64,000 nt of DNA from Squalus acanthias (Eukaryota), in contig CM059431.1 of assembly GCA_030390025.1 (NCBI GenBank), positions 116,190,001 through 116,254,000 on the forward strand, read 5' to 3'. The position numbers and the translations under genes are program-made. Positions 40,723 to 51,823 of this stretch are shown here, piece by piece. The notes under the pieces were generated by a model, which worked only from the letters and a program-made list of their open reading frames with translations, had not been told where the DNA came from and did not search any database. Position 1 is the stretch's first letter; the number at the start of each line of letters is the position of its first letter.

Positions 40723-41513
40723 GGGCCATAATCTGCTGTGGTGGGGCATCAAACAGCATTTGCCGTTAGTTAGACCAGCCCTTGCACGTTTAGGTTTTTC
40801 CATTTTTTACATGGCAAGTTGCTGAAAGTGCGAGCTGATAACGTCGCAGTGAGGGAAACAGGGCATCTGAGACCTGAGTGAACAGGGCAAGCAACTGTGT
40901 ATCTCCTTAACCAATCAGATGGAAGGATTGTGAAATTAACAGTACAAGGAATGAGAAAGAAGTGTAAATTAGAGTGGGTGAATTCAATGTCAAATCAGGT
41001 ACAGAAAGAGAAATAAGAGAAGGAAAGAAAGATTGGATTAAGAGAGAGAGAAAAAAGAGACAGAAATGAAAAGTTTTTTAAAAATTGAAATTTAAAGTTT
41101 TACATTTTTAAAATCTCCAACAACAATTAAAACCTGAAGGAATGAGACTCCACACTTGTAATAGTTAATTTTCAGTGCCAGAGAGGTTGACTGGTAATAA
41201 TTAACACTTCACATTGTTAAAAGGGTACTTAGACTGAAATGGACAAGACTTAACTTTTTGTGTCGCGTTTAGTTCATAGCTACTGTGCAAATACAGCAAC
41301 TTCCTGTCATTCAATGCGTTTCAATGGTGAGGCAGATAGCGAGATCCCATTTTCGCGAACCTAACAGCAGAATGGCGAAACTCGGACAGCAACTTTTGGA
41401 TATTGGTATTTAACCGTACATCTGCCCCTCGCCTGAAGTTGCTGTACCATTTACGCATAAATAATGGCGACCACCATTAGCCTCACCGTTATTTTGACAG
41501 CAAATTATGGCCC
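40723..41513. mobile_element. MITE
   Basis: TIRs GGGCCATAATCTGCTG / CAGCAAATTATGGCCC, AAT TSD; inverted relative at 56315-58812. Confidence 0.88.
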
Positions 41514-41954
41514 AATATCTTAGATTTGGTATTCACTAATGAGCCAAAGTTGTTAGATGACCGAGAGGGGGGAGAGTACCTTGCTGATTGAGACTACTCC
41601 ATTCTAAGATGCAATAGATGGGACTGTAACAAGTTTAGGGATAATTGTATACTGCTGTCACATTTTCAAAAGATTTGGCTTATGGAAATGAAAAGAAACC
41701 AAAAATGGTGGCAAAATGGCAGAGAGAGATGGGTGAAGATTGTTGCATCCAAAAAGGAAATGGGACACTGAAAGGTTGTGAAACCTTATGTATTCTTATG
41801 AGAAGGAGTAAAGTATGGTGAGAGAAAGTTACTATGGCTTCATGGAACTGAGTTAGGCAATTAAATTAGCAACCTTCCCTTCATTGATTACCTTAGTGAT
41901 CTGATTTATAGAGCTGTAGAAAAAGATATTTTTAGGCCTACAAAATAAGTAATA

Positions 41955-42603
41955 GGGCTGGATTTTGATACTGGGGCGGGTTGGGGTCGTGTCATCCGCA
42001 TTTCGTGTTATCCACCCGACTGCAATTGGATGTGGGAGATTGGTGCAATTTTCACCTAATTGGGCAATTGAGTTCCAGCATGTGGGAACCCATGAACCAA
42101 TTAGTGGTTTCAGTCTGAAAGTCGCCTTTGATGATGTCATCAATGCTGCTGCATTGCAGGTCAGAAACTGCCTGGCCTTTGCTGTGAGAGGACCTGGATG
42201 CAAAATGAGCAGCAGCTCTATCTGGAGAGAGAGAGAGAGAGAGAATTTTTTTGCTCCACCACTCCCAGATGCCAGCCAGCCACTGATATTCAGCTATCCA
42301 CATGTGCTCCCGCCAGGTTTCACAATCGTGGTTCAGAACAGGCGTGCTTCACGTAGAACAAGGGTTAAAATCACAAAGCCCTTTCAAAATGGCATTATAG
42401 AGCCACTTTAGTGCTTGTTAAGGGCCTTAACAGCCTATCCCATCTCTTAAAGGCGGGACGCAGGCGGGACCAGCAGACACGATTTCATCAAAATTGTGTG
42501 GAGGAGGGATGGAGGCGGACTTGTGCCTGCCCGCCACTTTTCACAATTTTAACCCCCCACACGCCTCCAAACCCACCTCCACGGGTCAATGAAAATCCAG
42601 CCC
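41955..42603. mobile_element. Harbinger-derived MITE
   Basis: GGGCTGGATTTT / AAAATCCAGCCC, ATA TSD. Confidence 0.9.
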
Positions 42604-42731
42604 ATAGTCTTCTTGAGAGGACAAGGAATAAAAAGCAGTTAGTGTAAAAAGAAAAGCAACCTAAAATAAAACTAGACAAAAAGATGGTTGAATGTAGCCA
42701 AATAATGGGAAAGTATTTTTTGCTTAAATTA

Positions 42732-43687
42732 GGGCGTGAATTTTAATTGGGAGGCTGGTTGGGAGCGGGGATGCTCGGAAGTGATCTGGAAACCTGGGAG
42801 AACGGGATTCCCACAGGCCCTGCTGAATTTAATGACAGGGCCTGATTTGCATTGGAAACCTCTGTTTTCAAACCACAGCCAACCAGGTTGCGAGGCCGGC
42901 TGGCTGCATGCGAGTAGGCCTGCGGCACTAGGCCAAGAGAGGAGGGAGGGAGGGATCGCGTGTGGGCTAGGCTGTGGGTCGGGGGGGGGAGGGGGCAGAG
43001 GAGCGGGGGTTCAGGACCGATCGGGGGCCGAAGTAGCTGATTGGAGGGCCGGAGAAGCATGGGGGGTTGGGGGAGGGGGTGGGGGGATGCGGGTGGTGCA
43101 GGTGAGCATCGTAGGCCCGGCAGCGGCTGATTGCGGGGCCGGGTGAGCATCGGAGGGCAGGAGGAGTGGGGGGGGATGGGGGGGGTGGGAGCTGGTGAGC
43201 ACCGTAGGGGCGGGAGGGGGGTGGTGGGTGATCTTCGATGGGCCGAAGCAGCATGATCGGCGGGCTGGAGGAGCATCGGGGGTGGGGGGGAGGCATTGTG
43301 GGGGTCATCGGAGGCCTGGGAGGGATCGGAGGCCTCGTGGGTTGGTTGCCGATCATGGGGGGGTGGGTTAGGCAGGGACACTGGATTCAGGAGGTAAGTG
43401 TAAAGTCCTCGCCTTACTTTACCTTAGTTCCCCAAGGCCTGCAAAACCCGACCAGCCACAGTTAAATTTAAAATGGAGGTTAAACCTGAGGCACGGCAGC
43501 GTCATTATAATATTTAAATGGCCGACCTGCCTCCTGGGAGTGGGTGGTTGCCCGCCCCCACACCCACCCCCGTCCCGCCTCCTTTAAAACCGGAAGTGGG
43601 CGGGTTGGGTTCGGGATTCAGACTCTTAACACTTTAAATTCCCACCCGACCACAACACACCTGTATTTTTGGGTTAAAACTCCCCTT
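42732..43687. mobile_element. MITE with G-rich core
   Basis: Degenerate TIRs; related to 3778 and 53950; many G-runs at 42940-43370. Confidence 0.65.
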
Positions 43688-44565
43688 CTAGGAATCAGAG
43701 TTCAGTTAGAAAATGAATATAACCATTCCAGGCTGACAGGCAGAGTTATAGATGATGAGTACGGTGTGGCAGAAGATTTGAACAGATACTTTGTATCTAT
43801 ATATAATCGGAGAGGTTTGATCTGGCCCCTTGTCTTGGGGATAAAATAAAAAATTCAAATAATTGCTTACAATCTCCAAGGAAATGGTCCTTGCTAAATT
43901 AAAAGCACTCAAGGTGGAAGAAGGTCACTCAAGGCCAGATTTAACATTTCCCAGGTTAATGATGATTGGAGGAAAGAATATGTGGTGCTCTTATTTTAAA
44001 TTGGATTAAAATCATAACCTGGTAACTATCGACCAGTTAGTTCAGCCTCAGTGATGGGTACATTAATGGAAGGCATCATTAGAGATGTTATTAATAATCA
44101 CATAGAGTATGCAATAGTGTGCTAAAATTAAGTCCTATGGGGGGAAAAATTCAGTTGGTTGCGCCTCCCGTTAGCGCCTTAAGAAGGCGCTAATGGGGTG
44201 CAAAGCAACTAGCGCCCGGGCGCAGCGATGTTTGCGCCGCTCGCGAAATTAACTAGACATTTTGCGGCGGCGCTAAACTTTACTGCCACGATCTCCTGCG
44301 CACGCAGATCTTGACGTCATACGAGGGTGCAACGCCCTTGTGGCACCCCGGAGCAGAAATTGAGTGGCGCCCCCATCCTTTCCGCCTGGTGCAACCAACG
44401 ACCGGAAGACTGGAACGCTCCCCAGTCACTGTGGGGCTGGGAAGGTACTATTTAAAGGGGGCCTCTTCCTGTCTTTCTATGTGGTTGACATTTTTGCACC
44501 ACTCGTTCTGAGAGAGAGAGAGAGACATTCGGAGAGAGAGAAAGAGAGACTTCTGCATTGAGTCA

Positions 44566-45813
44566 ATGCTGTGTGAGGTAGTTTTGGCTACTGATCATAA
44601 CTTTGCAGGTACTTTGGTTTTTGACCTTCATAACTTTGATTGCCAAGAGACTATAGGGGCTGCACTGATTGGGGGCGTCGTCCTGCGCCACCAGAATCGG
44701 AGGACACAGAGACGCAGAGAGAGAGTGGCAATCATGGCCAGACGGAGGAGGGCCAACAGGCCTCTGTACAGGAGACCTTACCCTCCCAGGGTATATCGCC
44801 AACAATTCACATATATTAATATGTCTGAGGAGCAGTGTTTGTGAAGGCTGCGCTTCAGCAAGGAGGTAGTCACTGAGCTCTGCCACCTGCTGCAGCCAGA
44901 TCTGCAGCCTCAACTGAGGTCCAGGACGTCTCTGTCGGTGGCAGTGAAGATCACAGTGGCTCTTTACTTTTATGCCACTGGCTCATTTCAATCAGCTACT
45001 GGAGACATCGCCAATAACTCCCAGTTCGCGGTGCATTGCTGCATCCGTCAGGTCACAAATGCCCTCTTTAAAAGGAGACAAGAGTACATCTCTTTCCCCA
45101 TGACCCCAGACAAGCAGCAAGAACGCGCAATGGGCTTTGCTAGGATAGCGGGCTTCCCCATGGTGCAGGGCGCCATTGACTGCACGCATGTGGCTTTGCG
45201 TGCTCCGCATGAGAATGCCGAGGATTTCCGCAACAGAAAGGTGTTCCATTCCTTAAACGTTCAGTTGGTCTGTGACCACAGACAGCTGATACTCGCTGTC
45301 AATGCCCACTATCCTGGCAGCTGCCACGATGCATTCATCCTGCGCCAGACTACTGTGGCAGAACTTTTCCAGGCACCGCATCAGCCAGTTGGTTGGCTTC
45401 TCGGGGACAAGGGATATCCACTGAGCACCTGGCTGATGACACCGCTCCGTACGCCCAACACCCCTGCTGAGCTGCGGTACAACGAGAGCCATCAAGCTAC
45501 CAGGAACATCGTTGAGCACACAATCGGCGTGCTCAAGCAACGGTTCCGCTGTCTGGACCATTCTGGAGGAGCCCTGCAGTACTCGCCTGAGCGAGGTTCC
45601 CACTTCATAGTTGTGTGCTGCATGCTGCATAACCTGGCAATCCTCAGGACCCAGCCAATGCCACCAGGCCTTGGAGCACCACCAGAGGAGGAGGAGGAAG
45701 AGGAGGAGGAAGAGGAGGAGGATGATCATCAGCAGCACCAAGGCGGGAGGGAGGCCCACAATGTAGAAACTGGAAGGGCCGTCCGTCAACGGCTGATAGC
45801 AAGCCGCTTCTAG
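44566..45813 (+). pseudogene. Harbinger DDE transposase (HARBI1-like) with a single in-frame TGA at 44842-44844
   Basis: GAIDCTHV, GSCHDAFIL, WLLGDKGY, RNIVEHTIGVLKQRFRCL; ORFs 44566 and 44938 share a frame. Confidence 0.92.
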
Positions 45814-46413
45814 GCCCCTGCTGAGGAAATGGCTTCTGCCATTGAGAACAACATGAATGAAACCAACCCGCAACCCCTAAGCCGGCCAAGGCAGCAATGA
45901 TTCCAAAGACTAAACATGTACATTTTGAATACAAAAACTTTTTTATTTCACAAACTCTGTGTGTGTCATTTCCTCATGACAAACTAATAGAAAGAAACAC
46001 AAAAACACAGTCATTAACATAACTGGTTCTCATAACCTGGAGATAATGTTCAAAAGTTTGACCACGAACCTCGGCCTTTAATAAAAAAATGACCAACATT
46101 TTGTCACACCTCCTACTTTTTGCCCTTTGAGGGTGATCTCCTTCCCTTGCGCACTTCCCCCCCTTCCCACCCTACTGCTCCTCCATAATGGGACCTCAGT
46201 GGCTGCAGCAAGGCTGGTGGAAGGCTGCTGATTGTCAGAACCTGAGACTGCAGATGCCCTTGAAGGACGGCCTCAACCAGCTCTGGGCCTGGAGGGCCCG
46301 GCTGCAGACTGCACCAACTCTGCATGGGCGGCAGCAGTCTGGGCTACAGGCAGTGGCAAGTGCAGTGGAGAAGTGACAGTGGTGGCAGCAGGAATGCTGT
46401 CATCTTGAGAGAG

Positions 46414-46632
46414 TGATGCGGAGATGCCGGTGTTGGACTGGGGTGGACACAAATGAGAACTCGCACAACACCAGGTTATAGTCCAACAGTTTTATTTGAA
46501 ATTACGAGCTTTCGGAGCTCTGCTTCTTCTTCAGGTACAGGTACCTGTACCTGAAGAAGGAGCAGAGCTCTGAAAGCTCGTAATTTCAAATAAAACTGTT
46601 GGACTATAACCTGGTGTTGTGCGACTTCTCAT
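46414..46632. mobile_element. Miniature palindromic Penelope pLTR pair with two hammerhead motifs (46502-46538 -, 46547-46583 +)
   Basis: 180-bp palindrome 46453-46632 centred on GGTACC; TCATCTTGAGAGAG duplicated at 46400-46413 and 46629-46642. Confidence 0.9.
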
Positions 46633-47674
46633 CTTGAGAGAGGACAGCAACTCCCTGCTCGACCGACACACTGGCACTCCCACGGGGCAGCACTTCAGCA
46701 TCTGGAGCAATCTGCTGGAGCACAGATTGCTGGCCTGCCGGGGCGCGGTGAGAGCCCCGGGGAAATGTGTACGAACCATTGAGGATGGCAGCAGTTAGTG
46801 CTCGCGTGGCCTCAATCTGAGTCTGCAGGAGAGCTGTCAGAGATGGGTTCATGGCAGCCATTGACTGAATTGCAGCACTAAACATTTGCATGGCATCCGC
46901 CTGTGCTACAGCGAAGTGCTCCACACTCCTTGCCAGTGATTCAATGCATTAGGGCACCCTTCCCACTGCACCCATGAGCTCAGTGTGCATGTCCACCGCC
47001 TGGGTGTTCATTTCAGCGATGAGCCGCTCCTCCTCTGCGTCCAGTGCAGTAGGACTAGCTGGCATACTCTCCCTCCGGGGAGAAGGCCCCCGTGCTTCCC
47101 TACCCCCATGGCGTTGCTGCAGCCCACTGGGTCCTGGAGCTTCACCCTCATCAGACCCTTCCCCCCTGCTCCCCTCCAGGGAAGGCGTGTTCCCAGTGTG
47201 GGCATGGGCTTCCTCGGGAGAGGGTGGCGCTGATGCTCCGCCTTCATCTTCCTCCTCGGCTGCAGCTTCACTCCCACTGGCAGCTTGAGGGCCCGTCTCC
47301 TCAGCTGGTGAATCACCATCTGAAAGCAGGGAGGTACAAGAGTGGCTTTAGCGTGAGGACAGGGGGGCAGTAAGGGAGGAATGAGTGCAGTGATTTAGTA
47401 AGTTGGATTGAAAGTGTCAAAGGCTGGTGTTGTGAGGGACAAGTGGAAGGACAGAGGACAAAAAGGTGATGACCTTACCATTGCTGTCCAGAACGGGGTC
47501 GGCGTCTCCAGTGGCGACGGGACCGATCACCCGGCTTGCCACAATCCTGTGGATGCGCGCCTCAAGATTGCTGAGGGTTGCAGCTGAGGCCGCCCTCCAC
47601 CCGTCCGTTGCTGCTGTCTCCTATTATGAGATAGCTTGGCCTGCAAGAAAAATCACGGCGTCTGAGTAAATATA

Positions 47675-47784
47675 CAGCCATGGTCTTGCCTGATGTGCCT
47701 CCCATAGGTGAATAGCCCTTACTGTATGCAGCCATGGTCTTGCCTGATGTGCCTCCCATAGATGAATAGCCCTTACTGTATGCA
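47675..47784. repeat. 54-bp tandem duplication in Myb intron 1
   Basis: CAGCCATGGTCTTGCC...CTTACTGTATG twice, one mismatch. Confidence 0.92.
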
Positions 47785-50700
47785 AAGTGTGGAATGGGCG
47801 TGTGTGTTTCATGAGAGGGCCATAGGTGTTGGATGAGTGTTGTGCATTGGCGTTTTAAGACCTTCTGGCCATAGAGTGAGGTTGAGATGGAGGGATGGAG
47901 AGCTATTGAAAAAAAGCCACTCACCCTGACGATCCGAGTAAGGTCGTTGAACTTTTTTCGACATTGTATATGGGTCCTGGGCACCATGCTCCTGGAGGAG
48001 ACGCTCTGAGCCACCTCCCTCCACACTCTTCTGTACTCGCGCGGCAAAGGCCTCCTGCCACTCTCAGGGAAGAGTATAGATCTTCTGCGCTCCACTGCGC
48101 CAATCAGAGCATCCAAGGCCCGCTCGCTGAAGCGCTGAGCTCGTTCTCTCACCCTCTCCATAGTCCTTGGCTGGAAGATTTAGGCACAGGTCTCTCCAGG
48201 CTGAGATTCAAGGCTCTAATGAGCAGGGTGTGGCTGGAGTGCTAGATCAACCCTCCCCTTTAAGAACTGTCCAGCGCCAGTGTGTCTGTGTTCCATCGCT
48301 AACTGACATCACCTGCGCTGCGCCCTCGCTCTGAGTTAGCGCCTCGCTCCTCGGCCTTTGTGCCTTAAGACAGGTGTGTAGCGCCTGATTTAGCGCTCCA
48401 ATCACCTCCAGGGGTGATAAAAGTCAAGTTTGCAGTCGGAGGCGATAATTAACGCCAGGCGCCAATCTTTGCGCCCGGCCGATAATTGCGCCCCAAATGG
48501 GGCGATACTGAATTTCTCCCCCATGGAGGCAAAGGCGATAGTGCAAGATGGGCCATAAATTGGCTAAAGGACTGTAGGCAAGTAATAGTTTTTAGTAGGG
48601 TTGCTTCCCAGTGGTGTCTGGTTACTAGTGAGGCACCCCAGAGCTCAATGCTGGGTCCCATCCTATTTAGTAATGATGTGGAGGGGGAATAGAAATTATG
48701 GTTATTAAATTCATGGATGATACTAAATTGTGTTTAGAATCATGACCTAAAGAAGGAAATAGATTCCAACTGGCAGACTGGGGAAGTGGGCCCAAGAATG
48801 GCAAATGTCCTTCAATCTAGGTAAATGTGTGGTCATCCAGCTAGATGCGCAGAATTCGGGTAAAGAGTATAGAATGGGTGGCTGTAAGTTAAAGTTGACA
48901 TGAAGAGAGAGGGACTTGGCAGTGAACATTGACCATTCCCTAAAGATTCAAGCTCAGTATTATGAAACTGCAGCCAAAGTGAACAGAGTCGTGGCCTGTA
49001 TTGACCGTACAATTCAGTATAAAACTAGGGCTATGATTATGGAGCATTGTGTACCTTCTTTGTCTCCCCATCTCTAGAAGGGCATTTTGGCTCTAGAGAG
49101 CGTACAGAGAAGGGCAACGAGCGTGATCCTCCGCTGAAGTGTGTTGACCTATGGAGATAAACTTTGTGCCTTTGGGTTTTGATTCACTGGAGAGGTGTAG
49201 ACTTAAGGGGATCTGATTTAAATCTTTAAAATTATTAACGTCTTTGACAACATAAAAGTCAAAATATTGTTTGAGGTGATGGGGTTGGGTAGAACCACGG
49301 GCCATCCATTTAAGTTGAGAAAGCAGGGAATGGGAGTGGATGTGTGGAAGTTTTTTTTTTCTGGGAGTTATTAATCTGATAGCATTGCAGAGGTGGTAAT
49401 GTGGAATGACTTCTTGCAGTCTCTTTTGAAGGCATTATGTACTTTTTTTTTGAAAACTATGGGATCACAGCAGAAGGAACACAAGATTTTGTCTAATAAC
49501 CAGTAGACTTGGGCCTCCTGAGGCTTGCCGAATCAGGGAGGATTTTTTGATGGAGGTTTTCTCAATTGGCTATCAGTTTTTGTGTTTTTTTTACCTCTCC
49601 AAGGAGATGTTGCTGGTGGGCGGGAAGGAAGATTGAGGATGAGTCCATGAATAAGTGGAGCAAGTGTATATGGGCCTATTGGCCTTTTCTCACTCTGAGT
49701 ACGTAACATAAGGCCATCTGCACTGGCTGTTTGGAAAAGCTATTCAATTCGTCCATTTCTTTGCCCAGATATACTCTTTATTTTTTCCCATTTCAGTTTT
49801 AAAAGCTGTTTCCGATTCTGCATCTACTACTGTTACTAGTAGGGCATTTCATATCTTAACCTACTTCTGTGTCATTTTTTTTATCCTAATCTCTCCTTTC
49901 ATGCTTTTAGTGATGATCTTACAGTTATGCCCGTTGATTACCAATTTGCCAACCAGTGAAAATAGATTTACCAGACTCATCTTATCAAAGTCCCCAGTAA
50001 TTTTGCATATCTTTATCAGATCTCCTATCAACATTCTTTGTTGTAATGAAAACAGCCCCAGTTTCTCTTGTCTCCCTTCATAATTTAAGCCTTTAATCCC
50101 TGGTATCATCTTAATGAATCTCTTCTGCATCCTCTTCATAACATTAACATCCTTCCTAAAATAATGTACCCACAACTGGGCATAATATTCTAACTGTGGC
50201 CTAACCAGTGACTTGCTTTAATATTCCTTAGTACTCTATTCCTATAAAACCTAGGATCCCATGTTTCTTCTTCCGTTTTCTCTACTTCGCTTCTCACTTT
50301 TAAAGGTTTGTGTATCTGAATCACTAAGGTCGCGATTTCCCCTACCTCGGCGGGTCCGTGGCGGGTGACGTCGGTGGCAGGTCCTGACTCCACTGCTGGC
50401 TCCAGCCCACTGTCCAAAATGATTTTCCCCTGCTTGGGCTTGTTAAGCCCGCCCAGCGTGTTTGTCGGCCAATTGAAGGAAGCGGGTCTGATGAAATCAT
50501 TGGATGACAGGTTATCAGCCGGTTTCCTTAAAGGGACCATACGCAAATTGATTTTGACAGTTGTGCTGTCAGTGTTATACTGTAAACACTGACAAGCACT
50601 GCACAAAGGTGCATGGCTGCACCCAGCACACAGGGAGGTTCTCTTCCCTTCCAATGGGTGGAAGAGACCTCCCCAGGAGATCAACACAGCCTGGCTGCAC

Positions 50701-50785
50701 ATTGCTCAGGAGGGCACAAGTAGGGATGTCGTAAGAAGGAACAGGCTGTAGTGGCACAAACCTTTCAATTATCTCAGTAGATCAC

Positions 50786-51025
50786 GAGGGTGGTGAACCT
50801 GTGGAACTCATTGCCACAGAGGGCAGTGTACGCCAGCTCATTAAATATATTTAAGAGGGAATTAGATATATTTCTACAGGCAAAAGGGGTTAAGGGTTAC
50901 GGAGAGAAGGCGGGGACGGGATACTGAATTGGAGGATCAGCCATGATCTCATTAAATGGCGGAGCAGGCTCGAAGGGCCGGATGGCCTACTCCTGCTCCT
51001 ATCTTCTATGTATCTATGTATCTAT
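50786..51025 (+). mobile_element. CR1 3' fragment
   Basis: RVVNLWNSLP, GGCTCGAAGGGCC stem-loop, (TATCTATG)n tail. Confidence 0.85.
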
Positions 51026-51730
51026 GTTAGTACAAAGCCACACTCAACCTCATACTGCTGTGCCAATCATCACACCCCATCACTCTGCCTTCCCTGCCCT
51101 ACTCCTGCACATCCTTACTCACACCAACTTACCTTGCACCTCCACCCATCCCTCTCTATCAACATTATCACTTCCCCATCTCACTAGCCACCCCTAACAC
51201 TCACCCTCATCCTAGTGCAATCATACCAACTAACAACACACACGGGTAAGCACTTGTGTGGTTTGGCCAATGTTCATGTGAAGTTTCTGTTAATGTAGTG
51301 TCAAACATTGAAACCTTTATTTTCAACATTTTGTGTTCTTGGACAGATCTGTGTGCACCTTTGGAAGTAGCTTAGTGAGTTGCAGTGAATGGTGAGACAT
51401 AAGAGTACCCCCTGCAATGGTGATGAGTGTGAAAGGAATGGCTTGGGCATTGTAGTGATGCTTTATGGTGTTGATGTGGAGTGGTGTCAACCTGGTGCAT
51501 CATGTGGCAGCCAGGGTGTACAGCGTCAAGTGAAGTAAATCTGGCCATGGTGAGGCCATCCCTGGCCTCCCGGTCAGCAATGTGGTCGGGTGCTGATATC
51601 CTGTGTCCTGTGCAGCATCAGTTGATTGCAGAGAAGGTTGGTGTTGTTGGTGGTGCTGCTGGTGTTGGGGCTGATCGTGGTGGGATTCTGAGTACCAAGG
51701 TGAGATAGTTTCAAGGGCACCGATGCTGAT

Positions 51731-51823
51731 GCTAACTTACCTGACGAAGGAGCGAACTGCTTCGAAAGCTTGTAAAATTAAATAAATCTGTTGGACTATA
51801 ACCTGGTGTTGTGCGACTTCTCA
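51731..51823 (+). mobile_element. Solo pLTR fragment (family A) with hammerhead motif at 51737-51775
   Basis: Two differences from 25583-25675, both in stem II; ttac-CTGACGA-a-ggagc.gaact.gcttc-GAAA-gc-TT-gtaa. Confidence 0.88.

Larger units (their letters stand above)
46113..48161 (-). pseudogene. Myb/SANT-like partner gene; exons 48161-47925, 47640-47479, 47319-46113
   Basis: RFSERALDALI..WREVAQSV..RTHIQCRKKFNDL|GTGAGT; probable 1-bp deletion in exon 2; stops and a PLE insertion in exon 3. Confidence 0.87.
44140..48522. mobile_element. Near-complete PIF/Harbinger transposon
   Basis: TIRs GGGGGAAAAATTCAGT / ACTGAATTTCTCCCCC; ATG TSD at 44137-44139 and 48523-48525; flanks rejoin into a CR1 RT frame (KIKSYGGKG..WAINWL). 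Confidence 0.95.
39150..49500 (+). mobile_element. Ancient fragmented CR1-type LINE carrying four Harbinger-type insertions
   Basis: Ordered remnants: SGNH (LFVGDFIVR..YFPGARITD ~39580), APE (CVNTNAR ~40235), NYRPVS (~44025), RT and 3' part (48523 onward). Confidence 0.65.

Noticed and set aside
42736..43465. Pro-rich and Gly-rich ORFs
   Set aside because: Low-complexity G-rich MITE core
44566..45813. Host HARBI1 gene
   Set aside because: Lies inside TIRs with a TSD and Myb partner and has an internal stop, so it is a transposon copy
46453..46632. CRISPR array or rho-independent terminator
   Set aside because: Eukaryotic context, no repeat-spacer periodicity; explained by inverted pLTRs
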